Source of the DNA: a virus
Length of the DNA stretch: 64,000 bases
IMG/VR virus record: IMGVR_UViG_3300017605_000678
Location: 1-64,000 of that record
Reading direction: 5' to 3' (one strand)
This document shows positions 45,628 through 55,758 of the stretch, one piece after another. Numbering within the stretch: position 1 is the stretch's first letter; every line of letters starts with the position of its first letter. Position numbers and translations under genes: made by a program. The notes below the pieces were generated by a model. That model made no database searches. It was not told where the DNA came from and was given only the letters and a program-made list of their open reading frames with translations.

Positions 45628-46035
45628 TCATCGATAGCCCTTGCTCTTCATCCAGGCTTGTTTTTGCTGGGCGACATGTCGGCACGTCGCGCGCAAAGTT
45701 TCAAGAGAAACGGTGCCGGCCCTGAATCCGTCCAGAGCGGTGATCATCTGATCGTCCCACTTGCTCAAATAAGCCTTGCCGCGAGCCGCCTTCATTTTCT
45801 TTTCGAGCGCTCGCTCGCATTGCACGGCGCAGAAGTCCCGCGCGAAACTGTTCAGGCATCCCTTCATCATGCCCTTGGTCGTCCCGTCCGACATAAGCGC
45901 AGTGAAGACGTAGCGGCCCTCTGCGCCGCAATGCGGACAGCGCGCACTCGGCTCCGGATCGCAGGGCCCGAAGTCTTCGCAGCCGAGGACCGCAATTACC
46001 GACGGACGCGGGGTTGTGTTCAGCGTGGTCGTCAT
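45628..46035 (-). CDS. Zn-finger-containing phage protein
   Basis: CPHCG...YVF...DG...GC. Confidence 0.55.
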   Translation of the reverse strand: MTTTLNTTPRPSVIAVLGCEDFGPCDPEPSARCPHCGAEGRYVFTALMSDGTTKGMMKGCLNSFARDFCAVQCERALEKKMKAARGKAYLSKWDDQMITALDGFRAGTVSLETLRATCRHVAQQKQAWMKSKGYR

Positions 46036-46048
46036 GGCGCGCTCTGAG

Positions 46049-46321
46049 TTAGTTATTGTCCCACGCATCCTCACGCGCCAGCACGATCTCGCGCATGACC
46101 GCGGCCTCGATCTCCGCCTCGCCCTCGTCGGACTTCATCCAGGCCAGCGCGGCCTCTCGGGAGCAGCCCTCGACGGTGCGCAGCTCCGGGTCGATCTCCA
46201 GCTCGTCGGCCGTGCCCGGGCTCCAGCGCGTTTGCCGTTCGCCGGGGAAAAAGCGGACCTCGGTCTCCAGGTCAATGATCACGTCTTCGCCGCCGATCGT
46301 GGGTTCCAGTTGGATTTTCAT
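46049..46321 (-). CDS. Acidic hypothetical protein (first gene after cassette)
   Basis: ATG follows the cassette leader. Confidence 0.65.
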   Translation of the reverse strand: MKIQLEPTIGGEDVIIDLETEVRFFPGERQTRWSPGTADELEIDPELRTVEGCSREAALAWMKSDEGEAEIEAAVMREIVLAREDAWDNN

Positions 46322-46421
46322 TTTCGTTCGTTCCGGGCGCCCTTACGGGGGGCGGCCCTCTTTCTGAGAAGACAATCGGCGATCGGCCTCCGGAAGTAAA
46401 GAGCTTTTTTACTCTTTTTTT
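46322..46421 (-). promoter_or_regulatory. Promoter-hairpin-leader cassette, copy 5
   Basis: TTTACT-N17-GATTGT; GGGCCGCCC CCCGTAA GGGCGCCC; GAACGAACGAAAATG. Confidence 0.88.
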
Positions 46422-46723
46422 GAGGCGGTTTTCCTGGGCTTTTTGCTGCTTTTTGGCGACCTCAGCGCAACGTCTGCCTCTGGCACTCCGGACATTTTCC
46501 GGTAAATCTCCAGGAGCATGAGGCCGACGCCCAGGCGCGGCTCGGCCCGCTGGCAGTAGTCCGGGAAAAGCCATTGGCGGATGTTCCCAGGGTACTGGCG
46601 CCGGCCCGTCATCCTGGACAGTTCCGAGCATACGTAAGCCATGGATCCGCGGTTGGCCCGCACGTACTCAGCCAGCGGCGCAAGGGCCGCGTCGCTCCGT
46701 TCTTGTGTTGGGTCTTTAGTCAT
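46409..46723 (-). CDS. Putative HTH (Cro/XRE-like) regulator
   Basis: SMAYVCSELSRMTG....NIRQWL......EPRLGVGL. Confidence 0.5.
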   Translation of the reverse strand: MTKDPTQERSDAALAPLAEYVRANRGSMAYVCSELSRMTGRRQYPGNIRQWLFPDYCQRAEPRLGVGLMLLEIYRKMSGVPEADVALRSPKSSKKPRKTASKKE

Positions 46724-47789
46724 AAATCGTTTGTGGCGCTCTGGGTCTCGTGGTCCTCTGGCGCTCTATCTTTCTCAGCCGACAGCCGGCAGAGGCCACG
46801 CTCCAGGCTGCTGGAGAAAGGCCGCGATGTTGTTCTCTGCCTTGTCGATCGCGCGGACGTATTCGACCCGCGCTTCCGCTCTTGCCCAGGCGTCGCCGCC
46901 TCGCTCTTGGTCGAGGAGCGCGACCCTGGCCGTGTTCTCGGCGATCAGTCGGACATTTTCCGCGATCCCTTTTGCGAACTTTGATTGCATGTTTTCCTTT
47001 CATTCCCCCTCAGTCCAGCGGCCCCGCGGATGAGCCTGGGGCGGAGCGGACGCGTTCGCGTTCAGCGTCCGGTCCTCTGCTCGCATAAACAGCTTCTCCT
47101 TCAGAAAAATTGCCTCATATGCGGATCCGACGGTCCACGACTTATTGCCAGCCGGGTTCTTGACAGGGATCGAGTAAGAGCCGCTGCTGTTACGTAGAAT
47201 CGGCCGGCTCCTGTCCAGGAACAGCAGCCCGTCGTCGCTCGTCCAGGGCTTGCCAGCGCGCGCGCTCCAATCGCTCAGCGCGATCTCGTCGTCCATGTCG
47301 TTGGAGTAGTAGCGGTGGCCCTCCTCCTTGATCAGCTTCCACATCCGAACGGGAAGATCGCCATGCATGCGAGAGGAAGCAACCGACGCCAAGTGATCGT
47401 GCGCCTTCTCGATCCACAGCTGCCGATCCCGTTTGAAACAAGCCAGGATGAATTCCGCGGCGGCCGCCCGGCCGACTTCGGCCGAGCGCTCCGCGTTCGC
47501 CTGGGCGCAAATCGTGCGCGCCAGCTCTTCGATTCGCTCGCTCACTTGGCGCCTCCTTCGAAGCGCACACACGGCGCAAAGTGGATCTCGCTCAGGCCCT
47601 CCGCGGCAGTCATAGACCCGTCGGAAATAAAGTCGGAATTGAGATCGGCGGAAACCTCTAGCTCGCTTGCCGCGTCGATCTCAAAATTCTGCTCGCCCTT
47701 CAGCTTCTCGCAATCGGCGCAGTCGGCCGCATGCACCACAAACTGGCCCTTGCTCTGGTCCCGCAAGTTGGGTCCGAAGATTTTCAGCT

Positions 47790-48197
47790 TCATCGGGCAC
47801 CTCCGATCCAGCGATCGACGCTCGGCGCGCTCGGCAGCGCAACGGCCCAGTGAGTCTCGCGCCGGCACTTGCCGTCCACGATCCCGGCCTCGGCGCGCAG
47901 CGCGTATTCCAGCTGATCAAGGTCGTTTGAGTTGAAGTCACGGCACGCGGCGAAAGAGCGGACCAGCTCGCCGGCCTTCATGCCCACGGACATCGTGCCC
48001 GAACCGCTCTTGACGTAGAAGCAAACGAAGTCGGCCCCGTGCACGTCCGTTCCGCGGGCGAAGATCTCGGTCACTTCAGAGAGCCCGAAGCAGCTCGGGA
48101 CAACGTCGCCGACTTTCAGGTTCGCGACGTCGGAGGCCTCGGGCAGATACAGCGTGACGCTCTCGTACCGTTTGTTCTGGTAGGTTTTGGTTTTCAC
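47790..48197 (-). CDS. Hypothetical protein (first gene after cassette, GTG start)
   Basis: GTG follows GAACGAACGAAA. Confidence 0.65.
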   Translation of the reverse strand: MKTKTYQNKRYESVTLYLPEASDVANLKVGDVVPSCFGLSEVTEIFARGTDVHGADFVCFYVKSGSGTMSVGMKAGELVRSFAACRDFNSNDLDQLEYALRAEAGIVDGKCRRETHWAVALPSAPSVDRWIGGAR

Positions 48198-48297
48198 TTT
48201 CGTTCGTTCCGGGCGCCTTACGGGGGCGGCCCTCTTTCTGGTGAAGACCATCGGCGATCTGGCGCCGGAAGTAAAGAGTTTTTTTACTCTTTTTTTG
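48198..48297 (-). promoter_or_regulatory. Promoter-hairpin-leader cassette, copy 6
   Basis: TTTACT-N17-GATGGT; GGGCCGCC CCCGTAA GGCGCCC; GAACGAACGAAAGTG. Confidence 0.88.
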
Positions 48298-48685
48298 AGG
48301 CCGTTTTATTGGGGTTTTCAGCGATTTTTGGAACGTCTCCCAAATGAACGGCCACGAGCAAACCCGCGACCAGCTCGGCCCGCACGAATGTCCCGGCCAA
48401 TCGGCCGCAATAAACAAACTCTCCGGAGGCAGACAGCGACAGGGAAAAAAGACGGTGGTCGCCAAAGTACCACTCGAAAGAGATGTCGCCGTCCGGATCA
48501 GCTGCCAGCGACGGGCTCGGAAATAGTGGCGAGAGGCCTTGCAGGAATGCGCGCGCCGCGGCCACCGTCTCCGCCGAGATCGCGACCGCACTATGGGCAT
48601 CCCAGCCCGGGAGCGAGCACTCGTCCGCGAGCCGCTCCAGCTCGAGGAACGCCTCGGATCGATCTGCAAAGTTTGGTTCGATCAT
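48284..48685 (-). CDS. Hypothetical protein
   Basis: GWDAHSA.AIS...DGDISFEW motif. Confidence 0.55.
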   Translation of the reverse strand: MIEPNFADRSEAFLELERLADECSLPGWDAHSAVAISAETVAAARAFLQGLSPLFPSPSLAADPDGDISFEWYFGDHRLFSLSLSASGEFVYCGRLAGTFVRAELVAGLLVAVHLGDVPKIAENPNKTASKKE

Positions 48686-49203
48686 AACGATTCCAGCATT
48701 GTCTCGCGAAAGTCCCAGGGCACTTTGGCTTGGTTGTCGCCGCGAGGAACCGGCCAGCGCACATCGCGAAAATGAAGCGTTCGCGTTCCTTCGCCGTTTT
48801 GGGCCCGCCGGCGTAAGTCGGCAATGTCCCGGCCCGTGAGCAACGCGCAGCCATTGGGGCAGCGCCAGAGCACGAAGGCCACGGCGCCGGCGATCCGCCA
48901 GTGGATGATCGCGTCCGCTTGTTTCTCCGTGACGCCGCCGTCGCGGTCGACCGCAAGTTTCGGCTCCGTCGTGGACTTGGCCTCGATGAACACGGCCCGG
49001 CCGTGGCGCTCCGTCCAGACGCCGGCGAAGTCCAGCCAGGGGTTCTCCAGAAAGATCACGCGCCGGCCGGCGCCGCCGCCGATCACGCGCGAGGGCGGGT
49101 CCACTTTGCGGAGGCGCATCCAGCCGCGGTAAAGATACTCGTTTGCGGAACGCTGGATCTCAGCCTGGAAGTCGCGCCCGTCGTTGTTTTGGTTCGTTCT
49201 CAT
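48682..49203 (-). CDS. RecU-like Holliday junction resolvase
   Basis: GRDFQ.EI....Y...G...LRKVDPP...LDFAG...FIEAKST. Confidence 0.8.
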   Translation of the reverse strand: MRTNQNNDGRDFQAEIQRSANEYLYRGWMRLRKVDPPSRVIGGGAGRRVIFLENPWLDFAGVWTERHGRAVFIEAKSTTEPKLAVDRDGGVTEKQADAIIHWRIAGAVAFVLWRCPNGCALLTGRDIADLRRRAQNGEGTRTLHFRDVRWPVPRGDNQAKVPWDFRETMLESL

Positions 49204-49408
49204 TCGTACTTGCTCCCGGCCATGACGGCCAGTACCGCTTTCAGTAGCGGGATTCGGTAGATCCGGCGCCGCTTCAGGAGCCGAAAGTGTAGTGCGTTTT
49301 TGGTCATCCAGAGCGTGCCGCGGCAAGCCCCGTCCACGTAGTCTCCAATCTCGACGCGCACGCGGCCGAAAACTTTCCGGGCCCGAGTCTTGGGTTTTTT
49401 CTTCTCGC

Positions 49409-49966
49409 TCATGTGATCGAAAGCATGATCCGGCGCAGGCCCTCCGTGTGCTGATCGCGCGGCGGCCGGTTCCATTCGCCGGCAGCGCACAGCCAGCCGG
49501 CCCGGCGAGCCTGGAGCGGGTGATCGTCGATCCAGCGGTGGGCAGCGCGCGAGACGGGAAGCCAAAAGCGCTCGTCCAGGAGCAAGGTACCGGCGCGCCC
49601 GCGGGCGTGGTGAATGTCGGTCGCCGGCTTGCTGGGGAAGACGACGCAACGGGGATGGAGTGCCAGGAACACAAGGCGCCGGTGCAAGTAGATCCGCATT
49701 TGGCCGGACCGGAGTTTGGAGCGCGCGCGGAGCGGCCGCCTCGGCCACTGTCCTACCTTCTTGAAACCGGCCGAAGTTTTGACCCAGCTGTTTCCAAATT
49801 TGTTCGTGAAGATTGCCCCAATTGGAGCGGCGTCGAAAACTTGCTTTGTCCATTTTTCCTTGCTCGATCGTGCTGGCGAAAATGGACACGCCTCTGTCTT
49901 GAGCGCCTCGTCGCGGGCTCGCACCCAGGGCGCCTTGGGCCAGGGCGTCTTGCGGCGGCGGCTCAT
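49409..49966 (-). CDS. HNH-like protein (degenerate Cys ligands)
   Basis: ATDIHHARGR...WLPVSRAAHRWIDDHP. Confidence 0.6.
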   Translation of the reverse strand: MSRRRKTPWPKAPWVRARDEALKTEACPFSPARSSKEKWTKQVFDAAPIGAIFTNKFGNSWVKTSAGFKKVGQWPRRPLRARSKLRSGQMRIYLHRRLVFLALHPRCVVFPSKPATDIHHARGRAGTLLLDERFWLPVSRAAHRWIDDHPLQARRAGWLCAAGEWNRPPRDQHTEGLRRIMLSIT

Positions 49967-51069
49967 AAGCCAATGGCGGAGCGCAGGAGGCTGCGCACTT
50001 CGCGCTTCCCGTCGGCCAGCCCGGCGGCATAGATCCGGACCACAAGATCGCCGACCGTCTCGACCGGGTCGTTTGCGCTCGTGAAGTCCAGCAAGCAACG
50101 GTCGCCGAGATCCTCGTGCCACCACTTTCCGTCGACCTTAGACTCTCGAAAGCCCAGCTTGCGCGCCAGCGCCTCGGCCTTGGCTTGCGCCGCGGCCCGC
50201 CGGCGCCGCTCGCCCGCGTCCAGTTCCTTCAGCGTGATCGGAGTGTTCATGCTGGGTTGGTGCAAGAGCAGGGCTTGAAGCGCCGACTGAAGAGACCGCG
50301 CTTCAGGTACCCACGCCCCAGGCAGATCGGGCACGTCGCGGCCGGCAGGTTGCCGACAGGCACGAGCCGCGCGGCCGGCACCTTGAATTGCTTCTCTATC
50401 TCGACTGGCGTTCCCTCGTAAAACTTTCCGGTTCTTGTGTCCATGTTTCCTTTGGTTGAGACGGCGCAGATAGTGCCGCGCCGCCATCCTTTGAACTCCA
50501 CCCCGCCGTCCCAGGCCTTCAGGAACTCCGGGACATAAGCCGGGCATTCCCACGAAGGATCCCCGATCATGTCAAAGCACGGAGACCAGCCCTCGCACTC
50601 CAGCGCTAAAGTCATGCGCGAGAATCCAGCTCGCAGCACGATCACGGTCCCGAACATCTTCAGCAGCGCAGCGCCAGCCCTTGGCTCCTTTAGAAGGAAC
50701 TCGCCCACGACGAAACGACCGGGCCGCTTGGAAAGCTCGTTCCACTCGCTCACTTTTTCCTCCAAGGTTTTTCCCGAGCCCATTCCAAATAATCTCCGTA
50801 CAGCTTACGGTCGCGGGCTTTCGGATCCGTTTCAGGATAGGGCGCTAACACCCACGCTCGAACGATCTCGACCAGCTTCTCCAAACTCTGTCGCAACTCC
50901 GCGTTCGTGCAACGCGGCTCGCTTGCGATCTTGCCGAGCGGACACGGGGTGGAACAATCGCAGCTACATTCCGTCTCCTTCCACTTCTCGCGCCATTTGG
51001 CCAGCTCGGCCGCCTGCTTCTCCAGCTGCGCCCGCTGCAGGTCGATCACGTCCTCGAACGGCAGCTTGC

Positions 51070-51432
51070 TCACGTCCGGCCCTCCTGGGGCTGGCGCCCG
51101 TGCATGACCAGCACGCGCAGGCACAGCTCGCCGTGATACTCCAGGGCCCGCCGGATGTGCTCGCAGCGGTGTTTCCTGGGGTGGACCGCGCCGCGCGCCT
51201 CGGCCAGGAACGCGGGGTGGCAGCGATACTCGAACTGCTCGCAGCAGCATTGCCCGTTAAAGCCCAGCTCGGTCAGGTCCACGATATGGCGCACGTTCGG
51301 CCGGCTCTTGCTTTGCACGTAGTAGCGGCCGGGCTCGCCGGGGATCGGCGCCACGCCCCAGGGCAGCGCCACGTCCCGGTCGAAGGAATTCGTGCGCGGC
51401 GCCGCCGGCGCCGAGCGCATTACGTAGTCCAT
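51070..51432 (-). CDS. SWIM-type Zn-finger protein
   Basis: YYVQS...CCCEQF...RCEHI. Confidence 0.65.
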   Translation of the reverse strand: MDYVMRSAPAAPRTNSFDRDVALPWGVAPIPGEPGRYYVQSKSRPNVRHIVDLTELGFNGQCCCEQFEYRCHPAFLAEARGAVHPRKHRCEHIRRALEYHGELCLRVLVMHGRQPQEGRT

Positions 51433-51649
51433 AGGTCCTTCACAAGTTTGAGGATCTCTTCCGGGGTTTCTTTGACGTGGATCTTTCCGTCTTCAAACTC
51501 GCTTTGTGCGGAAAAAAGAACCGTGCACTCGCCGTGTATTGTCCCGAACCGGCCGCGGCTCATAAAGCGGATCCGATCCAGGTTTACAAAAATCGTCGCG
51601 CTTCCGTGCGTCGGCTCCAGCCGTGTGAGTTCAAGCCAGTGCATAAAGG

Positions 51650-52105
51650 TCAAAACGGCACATCGTCCTCATCGTCCGGAGGCGGCGCCTTGCTGCTCGC
51701 GGCCACGCCCGCGGGCGCCGGTTGTCCTCTGCGCGGCGCAGGCTCCGACCCGCCGCCGTCTTTGCCTTTGCCCTTGCCATCGCCGCAGAAGTGGAACTTT
51801 TCCACGATGATCTTGATCTTGTATCGGGGCTTGCCTGTTTGCTTGTCCTCCCAGCTTTCTTGCTTCAGCCGGCCCTCGACGCAAATCGCTCCGCCCTTGC
51901 CGAAGTATTGGCTGATCGTCTCGGCCGGCTTTCCGAAGGCCACGCAATCGAAGTAATTGACCTCTTCTTGCAGATCTCCGGCCTCGTCGTACCAGTTGCG
52001 ATTGTTGGCCACTCCGAAGTCAGTCACGGCCGTTCCCTTGGGCGTGTAGCGCAGCTCCGGGTCGCGCGTGAGATTCCCGCCGACTGAAACGTGGTTCATG
52101 TTCAT
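51650..52105 (-). CDS. ssb: Single-stranded DNA-binding protein
   Basis: GNLTRDPELRYTPKG, VEGRL...WEDK, DDVPF tail. Confidence 0.96.
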   Translation of the reverse strand: MNMNHVSVGGNLTRDPELRYTPKGTAVTDFGVANNRNWYDEAGDLQEEVNYFDCVAFGKPAETISQYFGKGGAICVEGRLKQESWEDKQTGKPRYKIKIIVEKFHFCGDGKGKGKDGGGSEPAPRRGQPAPAGVAASSKAPPPDDEDDVPF

Positions 52106-52698
52106 CGGTCAACCTCCCCAGTGTAGCGGCCGCGCGCGCTGTCGGGCTGAGGCCGGGCGGCCAGCAGCTTGGTAAAGGAAATCGAAATGCTCGTGCGGTT
52201 GTTCGTGCCGATCGCCGTGAACAACGTCTTGATCGAGGCCTCCGCCTGGGTCCGGACCGCGTCGTCGGCGATCCCCAGCTCGGCCATCAACCCGTCGTCG
52301 TCCACGACCTCGACCACCCAGGCCCCGGGCTCCAGCTCGCAGACAGCTTGCACGCAACGCACGAGCAGAGCGGAGATCTCCTCCGGCGACATCGGGTTGT
52401 TCTTGCGCCCGCGGAGCGGCGCCTCGGCCACGCCGCGCTCTGGCTCCAGGATTGGCGCCAGCGAGACCAGATCGCTTGCCCGGGCACTGGCCAGGGCCAC
52501 GAGCCCCTCGAGCGCGCGAAAGTTGCGGCCGCCCTTGCCGATCAATACGCGCGTGTCGGCCGCGTGGGCTCGCAGTGAAACGACGTGTGAGGCCGGCAGC
52601 TTGCGCAATTCGGTCTCTACCAAATCTGTCCGCTCGACCAGCGCCCGCGCAAGATCGCCGATCAGCAGTTCAATATCTTTGGGAGTTAATTTGTTCAT
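52102..52698 (-). CDS. KH-domain RNA-binding protein (KhpA-like)
   Basis: ADTRVLIGKGGRNFRAL GxxG loop; second degenerate KH-like half. Confidence 0.78.
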   Translation of the reverse strand: MNKLTPKDIELLIGDLARALVERTDLVETELRKLPASHVVSLRAHAADTRVLIGKGGRNFRALEGLVALASARASDLVSLAPILEPERGVAEAPLRGRKNNPMSPEEISALLVRCVQAVCELEPGAWVVEVVDDDGLMAELGIADDAVRTQAEASIKTLFTAIGTNNRTSISISFTKLLAARPQPDSARGRYTGEVDR

Positions 52699-52770
52699 TT
52701 GAGTTTTTGTAAAGTCGCGCCGGCCGGCTCCGTGCGCGCTGTCGAGCCGGCCGGCCTTGTTTTGTAAGAA

Positions 52771-53196
52771 TCACTCGTCGTTTCGCGCAGCCGCCGCCTT
52801 GCCGTCTTTCTTGGCACGGCCGCGACCCTTGACCTTGGGAAGCACGCGCTCGGTCACGGCGCCGACGTGCTCGGCCTCGCCGTTGGCGTCGCCTTCCAGG
52901 GGCAAGCGCGGCTCGCGCGGGTCGTCGAGTTTCACCCGCGCTTTGTCCGAGTAGTTTTTCGTCACGTCCATTCCGTCTTCAACCGTCACGTCTTTAAATC
53001 CGATCCGAGTCGTCACCACTGGCGCGTTGTCCGAAAGGTCCAGCGTCACTCGGAAATTGAGCATGAGGGTTTTCTTGTCGTTGGCCTCTAGGGCGTCCAT
53101 AAAGCGGCGCTCGTGCGCGGTGTATAGCTGTTCAACGTGCCGGGCGACGACTTCGAACACCTCGGCATTTTCGATCTCTTTTTCTTTTTTGCTCAT
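52771..53196 (-). CDS. Hypothetical protein
   Basis: Start MSKKEKE by ATGA overlap. Confidence 0.55.
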   Translation of the reverse strand: MSKKEKEIENAEVFEVVARHVEQLYTAHERRFMDALEANDKKTLMLNFRVTLDLSDNAPVVTTRIGFKDVTVEDGMDVTKNYSDKARVKLDDPREPRLPLEGDANGEAEHVGAVTERVLPKVKGRGRAKKDGKAAAARNDE

Positions 53197-53708
53197 GATG
53201 GGTTTGAGTTCTCGGACCCGGCCGGGAGCAAGGATGGCTGGCCCGCGGGCGCACACGCGACCGCGGGTAATAATAGGTCAGCACTTCCAGACTTTGCCCG
53301 ACCGGGTTCCGAAAATTTTCTTGCCAGGTACCGGAAGACGTAGTCCGGAACGGAGTCGGCCCAGGGCAGCTCCGGATTGATCGTGAAGCCGTACGGCTGA
53401 AATTTCTGGCCCTCGAATTTGGAAGCAAGGACCGACAAGGGAACGCCACTTTGAAAGGCCACGCTGGCCAGGATGGCGATCCCATCCATGAGACCGCTAA
53501 TCGTCGAACCGGCCTTGCTCATTTCGATAAAGATCTCGCCGGGCGTTCCGTCTTCGAACAAGCCGACGCGCAGATATCCCTCGTGATCGCCAATGCGGAA
53601 CTTGTGCACGAGCGCGGCCCGGGTTGTTGGCAGGCGTCGGCGGCGGGCTTGGTATTTCTCGATCATCGTTCGTTCGCTGGCAGGATTAAAAGCAGGAGCG
53701 GGCATCAT
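53193..53708 (-). CDS. Stand-alone class II ribonucleotide reductase C-terminal (TSCPD) domain
   Basis: RRRLP..R....HKF.IG..EGY..VGLFEDG.PGEIFI.MSK.GST...DSVPDYVFRYL; alternative start at 53666. Confidence 0.85.
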   Translation of the reverse strand: MMPAPAFNPASERTMIEKYQARRRRLPTTRAALVHKFRIGDHEGYLRVGLFEDGTPGEIFIEMSKAGSTISGLMDGIAILASVAFQSGVPLSVLASKFEGQKFQPYGFTINPELPWADSVPDYVFRYLARKFSEPGRAKSGSADLLLPAVACAPAGQPSLLPAGSENSNPS

Positions 53709-54562
53709 GGTAAAGCGTTTTTTTGCTTTTTTTCCAGTTCCTCCTGTAGGCCGCGCAGCCCTGGAATGTCCTTGGCTGCCGCCGCCGCTCTTGCCTTTCC
53801 TGCAAGCGTGCGCCGGATGCCCTCCTGTAATCCGATCTCGTAAGCGCACAGCAAGAGCCGCGCTTCGTTCGTTTCGCCACTCAGCCAGAGATTGACCAGC
53901 CGAGTTTGACTTTCCTCCACTGAATCCGGCGGCAGTCCGTCGGATCCAGTTAAGTCCCGGAACATGTCAAAGTTCAGGTCGCGCAATTTGGTACTCATCG
54001 TTCACAGTTCCCATCGCATTTGTGGATCCGCGCCCACTCCTCGGGCGAGTAGCCAAACTGAGGGTCTCGCGCTTGCAGAGTGCGGATTATTTCCGCAGCA
54101 ATGTACTCGCCCAGCTGCCGAGACCAGTGCATCCGATCGTTGGCCATGCGAGCGGCGCGATCCTGCGCCTCAACTGCAAAGGGCACCTCGCGCTCGCGCG
54201 GCAGCGGCGCAAAAGTTTTCGCCCATTGCTCCGGGCTGATCGTGACCTCGTGCACAGCGGTTCGAACTGACTCCGACCAATCGGCGCCGACGCCAGTGCG
54301 GCTCGGCGGCCGCAACTCAACCCGAAGTATTCCGAAGGCTCCTCGGCTCATAATTTTTCCCTTTCAGCGATCCAAAGGTCCATCTCGACCGTGCACGGCA
54401 CCCAGCCATTGGCCAGGGGCGCCTCGCGCGAAACGTGGTGAAGAGCCGAGCGCGGGATCCAGACGCGGCGCGCCGTGACGTCCTCCTGGGGCATTGTCGA
54501 AAACTGGATCGCCTTTTCAGTCTGCCGAATCTGCCAGAGGCGCTCGCGGGTCGTTTCGTTTC

Positions 54563-55006
54563 TCATGCTTCCCCCATCCTCGCCGACTGGCACGCCGGGC
54601 AGCAGCGCTCCGAACTGGGCCGCCCGCAGCTCTCGCAAAGTTTGCTCGCTTCGACCGGCTCCGAGTGCGTGCGGATCCATTCAAGGAAACGGCACGCTGG
54701 GCAGCCTCCGCCGAGCGCGATTCTCTCCGGCTCCATGAGCGGGCCGTGATTGTGCGGAACGCGAGCCAGGATGTTGCACAGCTCTGCCACTTTGGTGTCG
54801 TCGGAATTGCCATTGATAAAGATCTGCTCCGGGCCAGCCGGCGCCCGTTGCTTGTGCACTTCTTCCCGGTCGACCACCACGTCGCGCGGCGCTTCGACAT
54901 CCAGGACGGCGCAGCCGCTGCGCGGGTCGAACCGGACAAATTCAACAAACGACTTGCCGTCAATCACGAAGCGCTGCCCAGGCTTACGCTTAAAAACGAG
55001 TCCCAT
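54563..55006 (-). CDS. CsrA/RsmA-like RNA-binding protein with C-terminal Cys-rich extension
   Basis: LVFKRKPGQRFVIDG...LDVEAPRDVVVDREEV; then CPAC, CESC, CPAC. Confidence 0.8.
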   Translation of the reverse strand: MGLVFKRKPGQRFVIDGKSFVEFVRFDPRSGCAVLDVEAPRDVVVDREEVHKQRAPAGPEQIFINGNSDDTKVAELCNILARVPHNHGPLMEPERIALGGGCPACRFLEWIRTHSEPVEASKLCESCGRPSSERCCPACQSARMGEA

Positions 55007-55035
55007 ATTTGTGTTCCTTTCCTTGTTCCGTTATT

Positions 55036-55758
55036 TCACGCCGGCGGCGCCGACCAGCTTGGCGCCCCGCTCAAGTCGAGCAGCTCGGTCTGGCGCCAGA
55101 AACGATCCGACACGCGCGGATCGAAGCGCCGCGCCCAATCGTCTGGCCCGTAATTCATGCTGATAACCGTCCAGCGGCCCTCGCGCCGGGAGAGCAGCTG
55201 GCAAATCGCATCCACTGTTTCGCCCGTCTTGAACTTGTCGCTTTCCGCGCCCACGTCGTCCAGGAACAGCAGGTCCGCGGTCATGCTCTCCTCGAGCACG
55301 TCGGCCATTGGCGTACGGCCCTCGACAATGCGCCGCGCCATTTCCGGCCACTGCCCCCACCAGATCTGCGCCGGCCACCGCCAGTAGGCGCGCTCTGCCG
55401 CGGCCACGGCGGCCGCTACGGCGAAACGGTGGGCGCCGAGCATGCCACGAGTTTTCCCGCAGCCTGGGTCGCCGGCCAGGAGGAGCGTCCGGCGATCGCG
55501 ATTGCGGAACCAATCCATGCAGAAGCGCTGCAGGCCCTCGGCCAGCTCGTCAACGACCGGCCCGTTAGGCTCCAGTCGGAGCCACTTCTCCCGCCACCCC
55601 ACTGGCCCCGCTTGCCGCGCGCCTTGCTTCTCGTTTGGCTTTCCAGGCTGCAACGCCGGCTTGGTACCGGGCGTCGTCGTAGAGCATGCCTGCGCCCCGG
55701 TCAGGACCGCCGCCGCGAGCGTCGCGACCGAAGCCGTTTTGAGTGTTTGATTTTTCAT
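55036..55758 (-). CDS. DnaC/IstB-like AAA+ helicase loader
   Basis: GDPGCGKT, LFLDDVGAE, RVSDR; start uncertain (overlaps initiator). Confidence 0.85.
   Translation of the reverse strand: MKNQTLKTASVATLAAAVLTGAQACSTTTPGTKPALQPGKPNEKQGARQAGPVGWREKWLRLEPNGPVVDELAEGLQRFCMDWFRNRDRRTLLLAGDPGCGKTRGMLGAHRFAVAAAVAAAERAYWRWPAQIWWGQWPEMARRIVEGRTPMADVLEESMTADLLFLDDVGAESDKFKTGETVDAICQLLSRREGRWTVISMNYGPDDWARRFDPRVSDRFWRQTELLDLSGAPSWSAPPA

Noticed and set aside
30435-48297. Dispersed ~100-bp repeats as CRISPR array, integron attC sites or MITEs
   Set aside because: They are separated by whole genes, lack terminal inverted repeats or target duplications, and no cas or integrase gene is visible; fixed -35/17/-10 geometry fits promoters.
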